A stretch of 64,000 nucleotides of DNA from the NCBI RefSeq assembly GCF_037042905.1, contig NC_087252.1, positions 15,502,001-15,566,000 of the forward strand. Reading direction: 5' to 3'. This document shows positions 27,663-41,721 of this stretch, one piece after another. This DNA is from Lytechinus pictus (Eukaryota). Every line of letters begins with the position of its first letter. Position 1 is the stretch's first letter. Below the pieces are notes generated by a model. That model saw only the letters and a program-made list of their open reading frames with translations, did not search any database and had not been told where the DNA came from. The translations under genes were made by a program, and so were the position numbers.

Positions 27663-28106
27663 GACACTGTTCTCACTACCTTAACTAGTTGACTGGAAAC
27701 TAGTTTAACATGTAATGAGAACGGTCGAAGTGATCTTGGAAGCGATCTTCCAAACCGGTTCAGAAAACCACCTCGCCATGAAGTTTTCAAGATCGCTTTG
27801 CCTCGTTAAACTGGTTTTAGAGTAAGTGAGGACACAACCATTCTTCGGGAAGCGATCTTCGCACATTTTGAGCGCGCTACTCCACACACTGTGTGTAGAA
27901 TGCCTACGCTGTGGTTTCAAATTTCGCGCAAAACGTATCACCCCACTGAGAGCGTTCCAATAGCAACAAGATCGCTTTGCGTGAAGTAATTTTGAAAACC
28001 ACTTTCGGGTGATCAAATGGGAACGCTAGCAAAGCGGTCTTCCAAACTGGCTTCCTGAACCGGTTTCCAGTAAACTAGTTTTAGAAAGAATAATGAGAAC
28101 GGTGTC
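27663..28106. mobile_element. ~440-bp non-autonomous DNA transposon
   Basis: TIR gacactgttctcact / aatgagaacggtgtc, subterminal aaactagttt; CpG-rich interior. Confidence 0.75.
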
Positions 28107-28707
28107 ATAGACTGTTGTTAGAAGGTCGGTGATGTAGAATGCTGAAGACTGGGAAGGGCGTCAACAAGTATCCTGTCTGTGATTTCCACTGCTGAACATT
28201 CTCTCAGCCAATCAGAATCGAGGATTTCAGTAGCTTATAAGAGGTATTGATAAAATGACTGACAAGAATAAACCCTCCCTTGATGTTTCAATTCTATATA
28301 TAATCCTACATCATGCGATCAATAATAGATAGTCTATCTGATAGATTATTGTACTCGTTTTGAAGGTTGAATGGGGTATCTTCTTAATATTTGATGAAGA
28401 TGAAGAATGCCTTGATGGGGATATTGAACTTGGTCTTCAGGCATCACTGTATATATCAAAAGAGGATTATTTTATCCTGCATAATTGATGAGAATAGATG
28501 ATAATCCACCCCATCCTCCCCCCTCGTTATCCTTCCTTTAAGCGATTCCATCCTCGTCTTGTTTTTTTCGGGGGAAGAAGACGCTAAGACGCTTAGCAAC
28601 ACGACCCGGTATCATCAGACAGTGGACCTTGGTGGTGACGGCTTCTCCTCTCCTCGTCTCCCCGTCTCTCTCCTTGTGAATTGAGAGGCAAGTGTCACAT
28701 CTTGTTG

Positions 28708-28721
28708 GTTGCCATGGCAAC
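28708..28721. promoter_or_regulatory. Perfect palindromic RFX X-box GTTGCCATGGCAAC
   Basis: Exact 14-bp consensus in unique, non-repeat sequence; function inferred. Confidence 0.55.
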
Positions 28722-30139
28722 CCCTCCAGGGCTCTCATTAATGGATACTTGAGTGGATGAAGGACATTGTAAGGGCTAAGGAGGGCACCGAGGGTGTTAA
28801 GACACATCTTCCATTTCGCCATTCTTTCTTTCGTTCTCTCTCTTTGTTGTTTGTTTCTTAATACTTCCCCATATGTCTATTAACCTATTTAAAAAAAAAA
28901 ACCTCCTTTTTTAAAGTAACCTTTTAAGTCTGTAACCAGATCTGTAGTCTAGTCTAGTTTTTTTTTTGTCGCTTTTCCCATGTAAATGCAAGATATCTAA
29001 TCTTAAACATGTTTTCCACGTTGCATAAAACCTTGAGGTTTTACTTAACCCATCGCCTGCTGGAACCGCCTGATTCCTATGTAATCCTTATGAGATCTTA
29101 TGAAATTTAGTTTTTATTCGGTAATTAGGCTGCATGCTTGCATACGGATGGGGGGGGGGGCTCAGAGGGGACATGGACTCCCCAAAAATTTTGCGATCAA
29201 GGAAAAAAGGGAAATGAAATAGGGTGAAATATAACGTCATTTTCTGAATGTAAAAAAAATCCCAAAATGAGATTTTTAGAGAAATCAACAGAGGAACAGT
29301 GTTACCGAGTAGGAAATGCTGCGTTACCTAGTAAACTTCCAAAATCTGTTTTTTTTTATAATAAATATCTTATTGCAGTAAACACTTTGCAATAGCTGTC
29401 GCTGTAGATTGACCCATTTCAACGCTCTTCAAAGTGGTTATACGTTTGAAGTAGCGCTGTCATCAAGTTTGTTTTCCGCAACCACAACTAATCTTGCCAT
29501 AGGCAATTCATCTCATCTGGTTGCATAATAATTAGCTGCGTGTCCGTGCACATGTTAGGCCTGGAAAAATGTAAACGTAAATCGGGATCAATTTTTTAAA
29601 GCCAATTATTTTATGAAAAAGCACTGAAGACAAGGGGATATTCACTGGATATTTGATAGCTTTAGATATGACTCAGTTGAACTTTATGAAACATTAAGAC
29701 CTGTCTTTGGTAAGTCCTCCCAAATGCGTCTGCCACTATTCCTATTCCAATTTCCCCAAAACAGTTATAATGTGGAGGATGTGATATGGAAGGATGAAGT
29801 TTGCGATTCTACGTAAAAATTTATTTTGATATGGTGAAATAAAGTGAAATAACTTTTTGTTATTGTTTTTCTTTTTTAAAACCTAATTCCAAAGCATGTA
29901 ATGGTCTGACAATTTTAGGATATAATCTTTGTAGTTTTCTGATAGCCAATAACTAAACTTGTATCATAAGTGCTCAAAGAGTCACTTTTCAATGAAAAAA
30001 AAAAAAATATATGAAAACGTCACCAAGAGAGGGCTATAGATACAAAACATTTCCAAGTTTGAATTGTAATGGCTGAAAAAAAAGATCCAATGTCCTCTTC
30101 ACTCATGTATGATTGGGATTTGTTTGAAGATTATAACAA

Positions 30140-30832
30140 TAATAATAAGGGTGTTTTAACCGAGGGTAGCCACAATCAGTTCCGAAAACTGTTCTCCCAG
30201 TGGGCTCTGCTATTATTATTACCCTGGCTTTAGCTGGGCTACCAAGGCACTCAAGCATTCAAGGAATTTCTTTTTACCCGTTACCCCTTATCACTTCACC
30301 TGCGTTGAGTGCAGTAGAATGTGGGGTAACCTTCTTCGCATACATTCGTAATTCCGAAGCTTCGTTATTCCGAAGGTTCGGATATTCCGAAGGTTTGTTA
30401 TTCCGAAGGTTCGTATTTCCGAAGGTTTGTAATTCCGAAGGTTCGTTAGTCCGAAAACGAAATGAGGTTCGTAATTCCGAAGGTTCGTTAGTCCGAAAAC
30501 GAAATGATTAACGAATGTAATTTCGTTTTCGGATTAACGAACCTTCGGATTATCGAACCTTATTTCGTTTTCGGATTATCGAACCCTCGGAATAACGAAT
30601 CTTCGGAATAACGCCACAACTGTTCGGATTAATGAACCCTTTTACGTTTTCGGATTAACGAACATTGAGGTATAGGCAATTTACGTGTTTCGGAATTACG
30701 AACCTTCGGAATAAAGAACCTTCGGAATTACGAAGTGTAACCATTATTCTTGCTGAAGGAAAACACCATGGCTGGGAATTGAACCCATGTCCCGCAGATT
30801 AAAAGACAAGAGTCTTAACCACTAGACCACTC
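30140..30832 (-). mobile_element. tRNA-derived SINE split by a foldback element
   Basis: Minus strand A box TGGTCTAGTGG and B box GGTTCAATTCC near 30770-30830; core continues at 30140-30335. Confidence 0.8.
30337..30742. mobile_element. Foldback-type element built from ~16-bp ttcgt(a/t)attccgaagg repeats
   Basis: Left arm has tandem ttcgtaattccgaagg; right arm has the inverted ccttcggaattacgaa units. Confidence 0.85.
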
Positions 30833-33800
30833 CAGTATGATTGACATTATTGACTCTTCACCAAAGCTTTAGCTGTACTTTAAACCAGTCTAAAGCAAAT
30901 TTCTTTCTTTTAATATAAAACCACTTCTCAAGTTTGGAATAGATTTAGATTTAGGATGTAATCATGTAAGTAGCTTGAGACGGGCATTTAATAATTTTTT
31001 ATCAAGTTCAACACAGTCGTATCAATAGCCATAGCATATATCAAACATTCCGTGACTACCCCCTTGTAAGATATGATATTGCTTTGATAAAAACTGGATA
31101 CAGGCAGCTACATAAATATACTCATAAATTCATTTGGTGGCTTAGTCTAGCCTACCAGACCCAGGTTTGATTATGTTGCTATTTTCCCCCCGAAGAGTGG
31201 GATCATTTTCTGTGTAATAAATAGAGTTGACACATTTATGGTGTTATTGACATGAAATACGTGTATTGATAAAAAATGAGCAGAATTCTAAAGACCTTTT
31301 GCTCATATCGTCCCGACGTATATGCATGTGTGATATATATATGCTGAAATTCCTCTATATGGAAACACACACAGTACGTGCTTTTCACACCATTATAACC
31401 TGAATATGTTTCAAGTGTAATTGTGGCTGCTCCAGTTCCGATATTTCCTCACATGAATGTTGCGTCACGTCGTCCGTATCAATGGCTGGTTTGCGTTTGC
31501 CGAGCCTAGCCAGCCGGGCTCTCGTGTCAGACGACGCTGTGTGCGGTTGGGAGGAAGATCGTGAGTTATCTGGAACAGAAAATTACAAGATATTTGGCAG
31601 GTATAGAGGGATTTTAGTAGGCTATGTACACAGTATATCTGTTCTGTCAAGGCATTTTTCCTGACTCTATAATCTTTAACATGTATTTGTCTTGTAAACC
31701 ATTCACTTTTTAATATAGATCCCCATATTTCCACGTGTATTTATTTAGATATAATCTATAAATCATGTATTACACTTTTTTATCGAAAAACAACATATCT
31801 ATTTATTCATTTCTTTTCTTTATTTTATACTGCAGGGTAGGCCTGTTCAGTTATGCAAAACTGCTTTCCAAAGGTGCCCTACAGTTTAACAAATTACTCA
31901 AGATCATAGCAATTAAATGTATGTAACATATTATTAAGTAAAACAGAATACATATATCAAAGAAAGGAAATATTGACATGTTTTGTCAATTTTGTTTATT
32001 CTTGGTTATATTGCAGTTAATGTATATGCTTAGTAATTAATTGAAAAAAAATTTGTATTTTCTGTAGAAATGAATTGATACCACAAAGAAGAGGAAATTT
32101 ATATTTGTTTGACATCTGAATATCAAGAACAAGATTTGTAAGGTCCATTTAATTTTTGTTTTAATAAGTATTTTTTTTTTTTCATTTTGTAATTTATCTT
32201 TGCAAAACAGGGATAGTATTTTGAACTAGATATTAAATTTGAATAGAAATAAAAGTTATTTAAGCTGTAAAGGCCTTTTAAAGCCTCTTTCATCATCACC
32301 ATTGCTAGGTATTAACCCATATAATCTTCCTTAATTCTCACAGCAGTGCATATGCATTGAGTTTCTCAAGCCCGGTGTGGAAGAGATTAATGAATTCGTG
32401 TTATATCAATACTCCTAACAACCCGGCCGCAGCCGCTTAATTGTCGGCTCGTGGTGCAGTTCAGAATTAAAAATGATGAAATTTAGAGTAATCTTGGGGT
32501 ACTTTGAAGGTGGTAACCATGGAAACTGCACTCTCCTTTGATGTTCTCATCATTATTAATGTCTCCCCGATCTCCAGTGGTCATTTCTCACTCCCCACGC
32601 ATTCTCTTTTGAATTGTAAATGCGATTATTAAGCTAATAAAAGGACTTGGATTAAGTCCTTTTGCTGAAAGGAAGATTAACAGTGGTAATTACAGCTTTA
32701 AAAGGTGGGATAGTGTTGAGTTGATGAACAATGAATAAGTAGGGTTAGGAATGGCAATTATAGAATTGAAGTAAATTTGGTCTTATTTTCTTTTTTGGTC
32801 TTAACTCTTATCTTTTTGTTTTTACATGTTTTATCCTTCACTCTAAAAATGCAAGAGGTGAAAATGATGGAAAAGGGTCGACGATTGACATAATTTCCAC
32901 CCTTTCATTTTCGCAGTGTTTTTTTTTCTGTCAGATATTGCTTTAATAGTAAAACATGATAAATATTTTCCCTACCCAGGAAGAGACATTTTTATTATTC
33001 TTGACATTATAAAATGTCAAATTATGTAAACTATTGGTGCTTTCATTTCTTCCAAATAATAAATTAATTTCTCATAATATAGATTGTAATGGGAATTTAA
33101 CAGGTGGTTGGAATTTTATATACATTTTGTAAACAAGATGCTTTTTATCAACCAGCCCCCCCCCCCACCGGAATTTTTTTTTTCATCAGAAAGTGTAGAA
33201 ATTAGAGAAAAATCTGCGTAGCAAAACATGGACTCCCAAAACCTAAATTTTGTTAGCATCGATGGCAGGAAGCCTACACGTGTTGGATGGTCGACGGTGC
33301 GGACAATTTAATTCAATCTGCTAGACTTGAAGGAGTATTGATGACAGCGTTTTATTAGATTTGGACGATGTGAAAACGGAAAGAAAACGCTTTTGAATGA
33401 TGTAAGAAAAGAGAGTAAAGCAATTCTCTAGTTTCGCATTAGAAAGTCTGAGAGTTATATGATTAGGAGTGCACACTTGTTTTCTTTCCTTTCTTGTTCG
33501 ACTCCTGAGATTTTTCCAATCTTTTTCTTTTTCTTCCCCAGATTGATTTTGTGTACTCGCTAACAAAACGCCTCGAGGCAACGGCAGCTATTGAACCTGC
33601 CCCAAAAAGCTGGCACACGCTCTGTCATATTTACCATGCTTTGTTCTGTAAAGAAAAACCCTTTGAAATTTTCTGGTCAAGTAATGGTGGACATGCATGT
33701 CTATTGGCAGAGAAGTATGGAACAAATTAGCAATCTGCCGATTCTTGTCTTTCTTCCTTCTTCGATATGTTGTTCTTGTTTTAGCTTATACGGAGCGTAT

Positions 33801-34063
33801 CATTCATCAGTGAATATTTGCGCCAGATTTTGTTTCAGAGGTAGTTGGTCTTTGCCCAGGCTTTAATTTCCTTTAAATGAATAATGATAAACTATAGTCA
33901 ACTTATTCAATGAGTCGATAATTGATTTGTGTTTTTGTTCATCTGTAAGCATCTGTGCATTATGAATGTATGTGAAGTGTGAACTATGAGAAGGGGGGGG
34001 GGGGGGTTTCAAAGACTTAAGTGTGATTTAAAATCATTCTTCAATGTCCACATGCACATAATA

Positions 34064-34247
34064 CAGGGTGTGAGAGTTCAGATTTTTATCTGATTTCAGA
34101 TTTTTTTTGTTTTGATTTTCATATTAATTTCAGCTTATTTTTGGCCTTCCTCTGTACAAAAAGTATGGGAGCTCTTTCTATTTCAGACTTTTTCAACACT
34201 CTTCAGCTTTTTTCAGATCTTTTGATTTGTGACCACTCACACCCCTG
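34064..34247. mobile_element. CAGGG-terminated MITE nested in a host MITE
   Basis: cagggtgtgagagt / cactcacacccctg inverted ends; internal ttcagatttt repeats. Confidence 0.7.
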
Positions 34248-34371
34248 ATAAATTTAAACACTCAATCTCATTGTTTAATGCGCAGAAGAGTGTCTCTTTT
34301 TAGCATGATCTGACCAATGCACTGATGTGTTTTATACCGCATGCAACAATCAATTTAATCATGACTCTTAA

Positions 34372-34749
34372 AGTGATTGGTTAACATTGGTTTGACTTTT
34401 AAAAAATCTGAGCTAGAAGGTCACACTTGTCACCTGTGTCTGTGATATGTTACAAAAATGAAGCCCAGAAAAAATTGCGTTCGAAAATAATTATTTAGTG
34501 CTTCAAAAATTGAAATATAAAGTGACCGGAAACACCATCTTAATTTCATCCCATGCACTTATGTGTACTATTTAGGCGTCTATAAGACGCCTTTTTACAA
34601 AATCGGGGTTTGCCTTGTAGTTTTAGCTTTTCATTCTCAATAATGGTTGTTTTCAGGGTTTATTAGTTCCAATACATGCACTTGTACACATGTTTCATCT
34701 TGGTTTGATAATTTTTTTAATCGGCTGCTCACAAAGTTAAACAATACCT
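34372..34749. mobile_element. TTAA-target (Kolobok-like) non-autonomous element
   Basis: TTAA at 34368-34371 and 34750-34753; imperfect TIR agtgattggttaac / gttaaacaatacct. Confidence 0.7.
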
Positions 34750-34752
34750 TTA

Positions 34753-35182
34753 AGCCCCCATCACACTTATTCCGAATCAAGCAGAATTAGCCAGAATGAA
34801 AGGACTATTGTTCGACCACCAGTTGGTCATTTAAATCTACTTCGAACACCGTTCGAAAATACCCCTCGAATGTTTTGAACATGACCAAAACCTTCGGGAC
34901 GGCCAAAATAAATGACAGAAACATTTCGAATGCACTCAGAATGCAGTCAGAATATTTAGAATGCGACTAGAATGTCCAAGAATGTAGCACGAATTATCAA
35001 TCTGACTCCATTGCGGTTCATTTTGACTAGTGTATGATGATTAACCTGGTCAATTTACTGAATTTCAACTCCAGTTTGGTGAATTCATAAGTTCCTCCCA
35101 AAAATTTCTAGATTTTTTGAATATTTTTTAGTTCCAGTTTCTGCTTGATTCCTGCTGATTCCAAATAAGTGTGATGGGGGCT
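34753..35182. mobile_element. PIF/Harbinger-like MITE with TTA target duplication
   Basis: TIR agcccccatcacacttatt / aataagtgtgatgggggct; tta at 34750-34752 and 35183-35185. Confidence 0.85.
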
Positions 35183-37315
35183 TTAGTCAGATTTAAGTGA
35201 GATGTAAAGTCATGCTTAAATGTTGACATGCACATAATATTGAACACCCAATCTCGTTGTTTAATGCACAGCTGAGCGCCTCTTTCTACCATGATCTGAC
35301 AATGCAGTGATGTGCTTTATACCGCATGCAACAATCAATTTAATCATGACTCTATTGGTGCATTGAACGAGACTTGTGATCAATTGCAACTCTATTTTCG
35401 TTCCCGAAATCAAGCATATGCCGTGCAATTACTTGTAAATATGCGATTGATTGCTAATCTGCTCCATGAAACAAGGAGTGTAATCTGATTTGCTATAGTT
35501 AGAAGTGATCAATTGTAAAATTGCAACAGAATATTTGCGATTGATTGCAAATATTTTCTCGCAACACCCCTAAGTCACACCTAAATCTTTGTGAAACATC
35601 CCCTTGTACATAATAGGGTCAAGGAAGTGAATTATATTCTTCTTGCTTGGTAGTTTGCTACTTTTTATTGTTTTTTTAATATATTTTTTCTTTCATTTGT
35701 TTTTAATGTGCCTTTACCTTTCTACATGCATTTTAAAATGTTTTTTTTTAAGTAGCTTGAATAAGGAAAAGACATTTTATAGCAAATGATAGGTGGCTTG
35801 GGAGGAGAAGGAAATTGAGAGAAGAAAGAAAAAAAACATGAAAAAGTTAGATGAAAACTATTGTGTGAGAGGTGGGAGGGTAATAAAATGGGAAAAGAAA
35901 GGAGAGGTAAAAAGGAAGGAACAATTAAAGAGAGACAGACAAAGAGAGAGGGAGAGAGGGCAAAAGAGAGGGACAGGTAGAGAGATAGTAATGAGAAAGA
36001 GAGAAAGATAGTAATGAGAAAGCAAGACAGATAGAAAGAGTGGAAGGAGGGGGGGGGGGGGGGGCTAAGAGTGTGAGTGGAGAGCGGTATGTGATTTTCG
36101 TCTGAAGTTTGGTCTCCCCGTACTCTAACATTTACAGAGATGTGAATAGAATGGTAGGACTGCTCCATCAGGGGGATTTCCCCGGAGTGTAATCTACATT
36201 CATACCTGCATCTCTTGTTCCATGTGCGAGGTGTGAAGCCAGTCTACTTTCTCCTCTGAAACCTCTCTCCATTGGGCGTCCAAACCTTGCTCGGGTGTAG
36301 CAAACTATTCTGTCTTTGTCAAAGAATCTGACAGCTTTACTTGCTTTTTTTTGGAGGGTTTACCAAGAAATCTTGGTGGTTTGGTAACTTTTGACCCTTT
36401 TCTGTCAAATGTTTTTTTTTCACAATCCTTCTCAGTCTCCCTTTCCGACTTTCGTTCCATCTTCTTTCTCTCATTCATCTATCTGCTCCTCCACTTCACT
36501 TCTCTTTCTCTCTTTAGGTCTGTCCTCTCTCTCCCCCTCCCCTCTTCTCTTTCTCCTTTCTTTCTCTCTCTCTCTATTTGTCATTTGTCTCTCATCTATT
36601 TCCTTCTCTCTTTCTGTCTTCTCCAATTCTTTCTCCTGTCTTTCTCTTTCTCTCTCTCCTTCCCCACTCCCGTTCTGCAGAGTTTTTCTACAAATTTTCA
36701 AATTTGAGTTGGATTAAGATCGTAGCACTTCAATACATTGTAAAGGGGTATTGTACAATTAGCACAGGGTGATTTACAGTGTGTGGAAATGTATGATCAC
36801 CGCAGAAATGGCATGATATCTGTACAATGTCTAATCTGCAATTGTTATGGCCCTCACATGACGCTCAACACATAAAATTGTATGGTGGCTCTGAATAATG
36901 AAAATTGTAAAAGGACAGCCCCATAGCCACCTATGATATCCCATAATAATCAATGACTAATTTGGTGGTGATTTTGTTTAACCTGATTGCTAAGGATGCA
37001 TGAATTTGTGTAAGCAAGCAACCAGAGGACCAAAGGCTTAATGTCCTCTCCGAGGGACCTGGTAATGAGGAAAAATGCCTTGCAAAATGGGCACTTGTGG
37101 AAGAAGCAAGTGGTGAAGGAAAGTAGGAGGGTTGGGTTGAGAGAGGAGGATGCATCGAAAAGATTAAAGCGGAGGGAGGGGGTGAGGATGGTCTCTGTGA
37201 GTGCGAGCCTGTGAGGTGAATTCGCGCCACCCCCGAAGTCGGGAATAAACCGGAATAAAAACCTGGATGACTGACTGACTTGCGTTCCTGGTTGGATTAA
37301 AACCCGGATCGAGCC

Positions 37316-37492
37316 CTGGTGGGTGTTTCATAAAGCTGTTCGTAAAGTTACGCAGACCTTTACGCACGACAGGAACATGTTCTTAGGTCATAAATCAGTT
37401 ACATATGGATATCATATAGCACAAAAAGTGGTCACTAGTTGTGCTTAAAGTCATTCGTATCTTACGAACAGCTTTATGAAACACCCACCAGG
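37316..37492. mobile_element. MITE family B, well-preserved copy
   Basis: ~30-bp TIR cctggtgggtgtttcataaagctgttcgtaa / ttacgaacagctttatgaaacacccaccagg. Confidence 0.9.
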
Positions 37493-38576
37493 CCACAGTA
37501 ACTGTAACCCCGCTATACCAACTAATCCATGATCAATTGTAAATGTAAACTAGGCTTAAATAAATCAAAACTCATATTAAAGAATCTGCTTCATCCATAC
37601 CTCACTTTGCGCAAGGTTTTTTTATTCCTCCCCAGTCATCTGATATTATGTTGTCCTGATCCTATCAATGAAAGCCTAGAACAACTACATCAGATAAGAA
37701 ACAGCGAAAAGCCATATGGGAGTTTCATTCTTTACTATCGCCATGGAAACCGGCATCCGTAATAACCTCGACAAGGCCTTTGTTAATGGGAGCACGAGAA
37801 TAATGTCTTTTTTGGGTGGTAGAGGCCTTTTCTACAACAAATAATTACACTAATGGGTATTATTGAGGATTATATGTTGTTCCTGTTTACACAAACATGT
37901 TATCAAGAATGATGGAATCTTGTTTGTTTTTCTTTTTGTTCTGTTTGACCATTCTTTTTGACCGATTTACAGAAATAAGGAGGATGCAACCTTTCTTTTC
38001 TTTTGATATATCTCTCTTTCCATTTCTCTCTCTCTCTTCCGTCTTCCCCTCACTTTCTCTCTGTCTTAGCACTCCATTCTTTTTTCTCCATCTATCCTAA
38101 TTCTACTCATTTCTTTCTTTCACCCTCTCTCTCGCTTTCCATTCCTCTCCCCCTCCCCTTCCCCCTCTCTCTCTCACTTCTCTCTCTCTCTCTGCACCCC
38201 ATCCCTTTCCCTCCATCTATCTTTATTCTACTCAATTCTTTTTGACTAGATTCTATCTGCTCTCTCTGTATATATTTGTTGTAGTAGTAAAGTCAGAATG
38301 AGTTTTAAATGAACCACCATGGGTTGGCTGCACGCTCTCTTTCACTTCTAATTAAAGGCCATCTTCCTTCTCCTTTTCTCCGATCTTGAGGTATTCCTCA
38401 AGCAGGCCAGGTAAATTTGTAAATCACCGTAACAGGTTTTCAAGATCAAATTGATTCAAACCATGAAACTGATAGACAGATAGATACCGTTGCATCGTTC
38501 TGTAAATTTTTGAGTATTCTAAAGTGGGCATATTTTCAGTTTCCTTTTCTCTGTATCTGCTAACAAATGTCGACAC

Positions 38577-38785
38577 CACACACCAAAAACTGTGATGGTG
38601 TTTGGTGTACAATAGAGGGCCACACCAGTCATGTTCCTCTGGTGTTAATTCAATGCAAATGAGTGTCATTACAGCACCTTTTTGATGTTATGTTCAATCT
38701 CTAAGGCGTAATGTTAACACCTTAGTGTGTGGTCCTCTAGGTATACCAAGTGGTGTCAGTTTTAACACCTCAGTTTTTTATGCAC
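38577..38785. mobile_element. MITE family A copy
   Basis: aaaaactgtgatggtg...ggtgtcagttttaacacctcagttttt. Confidence 0.7.
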
Positions 38786-40162
38786 ATCATTTTCATCACT
38801 GTGCTCGCAATTCCCCATTCTCTCTCGCTCTCTCTCTCTGTGATCCATTCTAAATGAACATTATCTATCAGTTGCATTCCAGTGAAAAACTGTATATAAA
38901 TACCACCTAGGGAAAAAAGTTAGGTTGCAGACACATGCTTGTAATACAATTTCAATGGGGGGAAAATAAATGTATTCATGGAGAATAAACTTTTATATGG
39001 TCTTTACAGAGAGGTGGTCCTTCTATACCGGTGGTCATTCAAGCAAGTTTGACTGTGCATTGTTTGCTTTATCAATGCACATATTGTAGCACTGGAGTTT
39101 TTATAGCAAAATAAATATGTTTAATTATTATGCAAAGGAGTGAACTTGTTACATGTATATTGTGTTTCTTACATTAAGTCCATTCCACACAAACATTCTT
39201 ATAATGTATAGAGGGAAATTTGCAATTTTCAGACTAACTCTCAACTTCCAAATTTCCATGTATTCATGGAATAATGAGTATTTGAGATACCTCCCTTGAC
39301 AGAGACCTTGAATATTGCATATAAGTAAATAAAATTAGACTTTACATTAAAAAGGCATCTCATGCATGATATTTAATGTTCAAAGGTGTTTGTATAATGA
39401 TTTAACAATTTGCTCCAACGACAAATAACATCTCCAATATGAAATGTAATCCTAATCCTAATCTTTAAATTCTGAAACAACCCCTTACCCATCCAGATTG
39501 GATGAATGAATTTAGGAGCAAATTTGGGGGAGCAAGTAAGGTGTTCCTTTAATATCTAGCTAGTATAGTATTGATGCGTCGTAAACTAGGATTGATGCGC
39601 CCTGTAATCTACATGCTATCACGTTTCCTCTCAACGTGGCCCGTGCGTGAGTCGAGTGCTTGTCGGCGAATTTATGGTGCGTTTATGGCGCATTATGTCG
39701 TATTGTATAGGTATTTGAGCGGAGGGGTTTGAGGAAGAATTATGCGCAGTGGAGGTGGAAATGTCTTAATGATGCGCTCGGCTGCAGATTGGATGCTGGT
39801 AATATCCCAGTTGTGTGTCAGCCTGTTGTATTGGTGTGTCATTGACGACTCATTTATTTTTAGCTGTCGGTTAGGAGTATTTTTGTGAGTTGTTATGATG
39901 GATTGCGGCTTGGAGTGATTCTCCATTCATTTCACTTGACGTCCCCATTTCAGAAATGTATTGTCGTTAAGGATCCTTTCATAAAAAATGAAGATAATAT
40001 CAATTTTTATTACGAACTCAGTTAATGTATGTGATATATTGTATGAGTATTATCACTATTGGAATGTCAATATGAGCTCACATCGTTTGCCTACGTTGTA
40101 AATATGTCATGACTAACTACTGCAGACAAAAACCTCACTTAAAGTTATTCTCCTTTGGCAGA

Positions 40163-40541
40163 ATACTACTACTACTACTAACTACTACTACTACTACTAC
40201 TAATACTGCTGCTGCTGCTGCTACTCCTACTTCTATTAATGCTACCACTACATGTACTTCTACTACTACTATTACTACTTCTACTATCACTGTTTCTACC
40301 ACTACATGTTCTTCTACTTCTTCTACTACTACTAATACTACTACTACTATTACTACTTCTACTATATACTACTACTAATACTACTACTACTACTACTACG
40401 ACTACTATTACTGCTACCACCACCACTACTACTACTTCATTTCCTACTACTACTACTACTACTTCTACTACTACTACTACTACTACTGCTACTACTACTT
40501 CTACTTCTCCTTCTATTAATGCTACTGCTGCTACAACAACT

Positions 40542-40600
<59 letters not shown>

Positions 40601-40823
40601 TACTTCTACTACTTCTACTACTTCTACGACTGCTACTACTGCGACTACCACTACATGTACTTCTACTACTACTACTACCACTACTGCTACTGCTTCTACT
40701 ACTAATACTTCTACTACTACTACTACTGCTACTACTACTTCTACTTCTATTAATGCTACTGCTGCTACTACAACCACCGCCACTACTACTACATCTACTA
40801 CTACTACTACTACTACTATTACT
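40163..40823. repeat. ~660-bp compound (CTA)n microsatellite
   Basis: Visible; produces the poly-T/L/V/S pseudo-ORFs. Confidence 0.95.
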
Positions 40824-41387
40824 ATGAATAATGAAAATAATATGCATGTATATATTCTGCAATTTATTAGAGGTATCTACTTTTATAGGCCCATACCATA
40901 CTAAAAAAAGTGTTAGGTTAATCTTAATAGATACAAGACTTTGTGCTCCTCTATGTACCGGGGTTGGTGGAAAATGCCTGCTATATCACAACCAACTAGT
41001 CTCCAAAGAGTTGAATAAGAATCCCTCTACCCCTGGTGACCAACCAACTAGGATTGCTGTATACATCTGCAACAACAGGTTTATCTTTAGTGCCACTCAA
41101 ATGTAAAAAAAAAAAAAAGAGTAAAACCCTATTGTAGTATTTTCATGCACATTCGGTATATAGAATATACAAAATATGCATGGCAGAGAAAATAATGATA
41201 CTCAAATTTGACTTTTGACACAAATCTTGGATGAGAGGCATGTCTGGGTGGAATCATGGACTTGGGAGAAATGTCCATGATGAAATTAAATAGTAAGAGA
41301 GTGACATAGATACATGGATGGATTGTTCTTGATAATCTAGTCAATAATCTGATTATCAAATTCTAATACATGTACACACTGAAGAGG

Positions 41388-41721
41388 CCCTGGGATGGCC
41401 ACTCAACTATATTGCTGTACACACGCACGGCCACAGGTTTTACAAACCCACCCTAAACAAGTTTTATCAACTGGTCAAATCTATACCCTATTTAAGTATT
41501 TTCGCTTGCTTTTTTGACAAGTTTGCCCCCTTAACAGGTATAACCTGTAAAATATATACATGTTTTACCCAACAACCATACCCTTTTTGCCCGATTCAGG
41601 CCTTTTTGACACCTTAAACATGTCACACATGTGATGCCCCATTATCAGCAAAAAGTACCTGTTTTACACATATATTTCGCCGCATGTGTGTAAAGCAATA
41701 TAATTGAGTGGCCCTCCTGGG
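41388..41721. mobile_element. ~330-bp MITE
   Basis: TIR ccctgggatggccactcaactatattgctgtacacac / gtgtgtaaagcaatataattgagtggccctcctggg. Confidence 0.8.

Noticed and set aside
31805..31880. Acceptor ctgcAG followed by g|GTAGGC
   Set aside because: Resembles the reverse-strand retroposon tail seen at ~30160; weak donor
35722..36717. Hydrophobic or charged ORFs (also 54946-55382, 56096-56641)
   Set aside because: Translations of GA/CT and ATAA low-complexity tracts
40109..40904. Long ORFs (201-221 aa) resembling mucin or hydrophobic proteins
   Set aside because: Translations of the (CTA)n microsatellite, open in several frames on both strands
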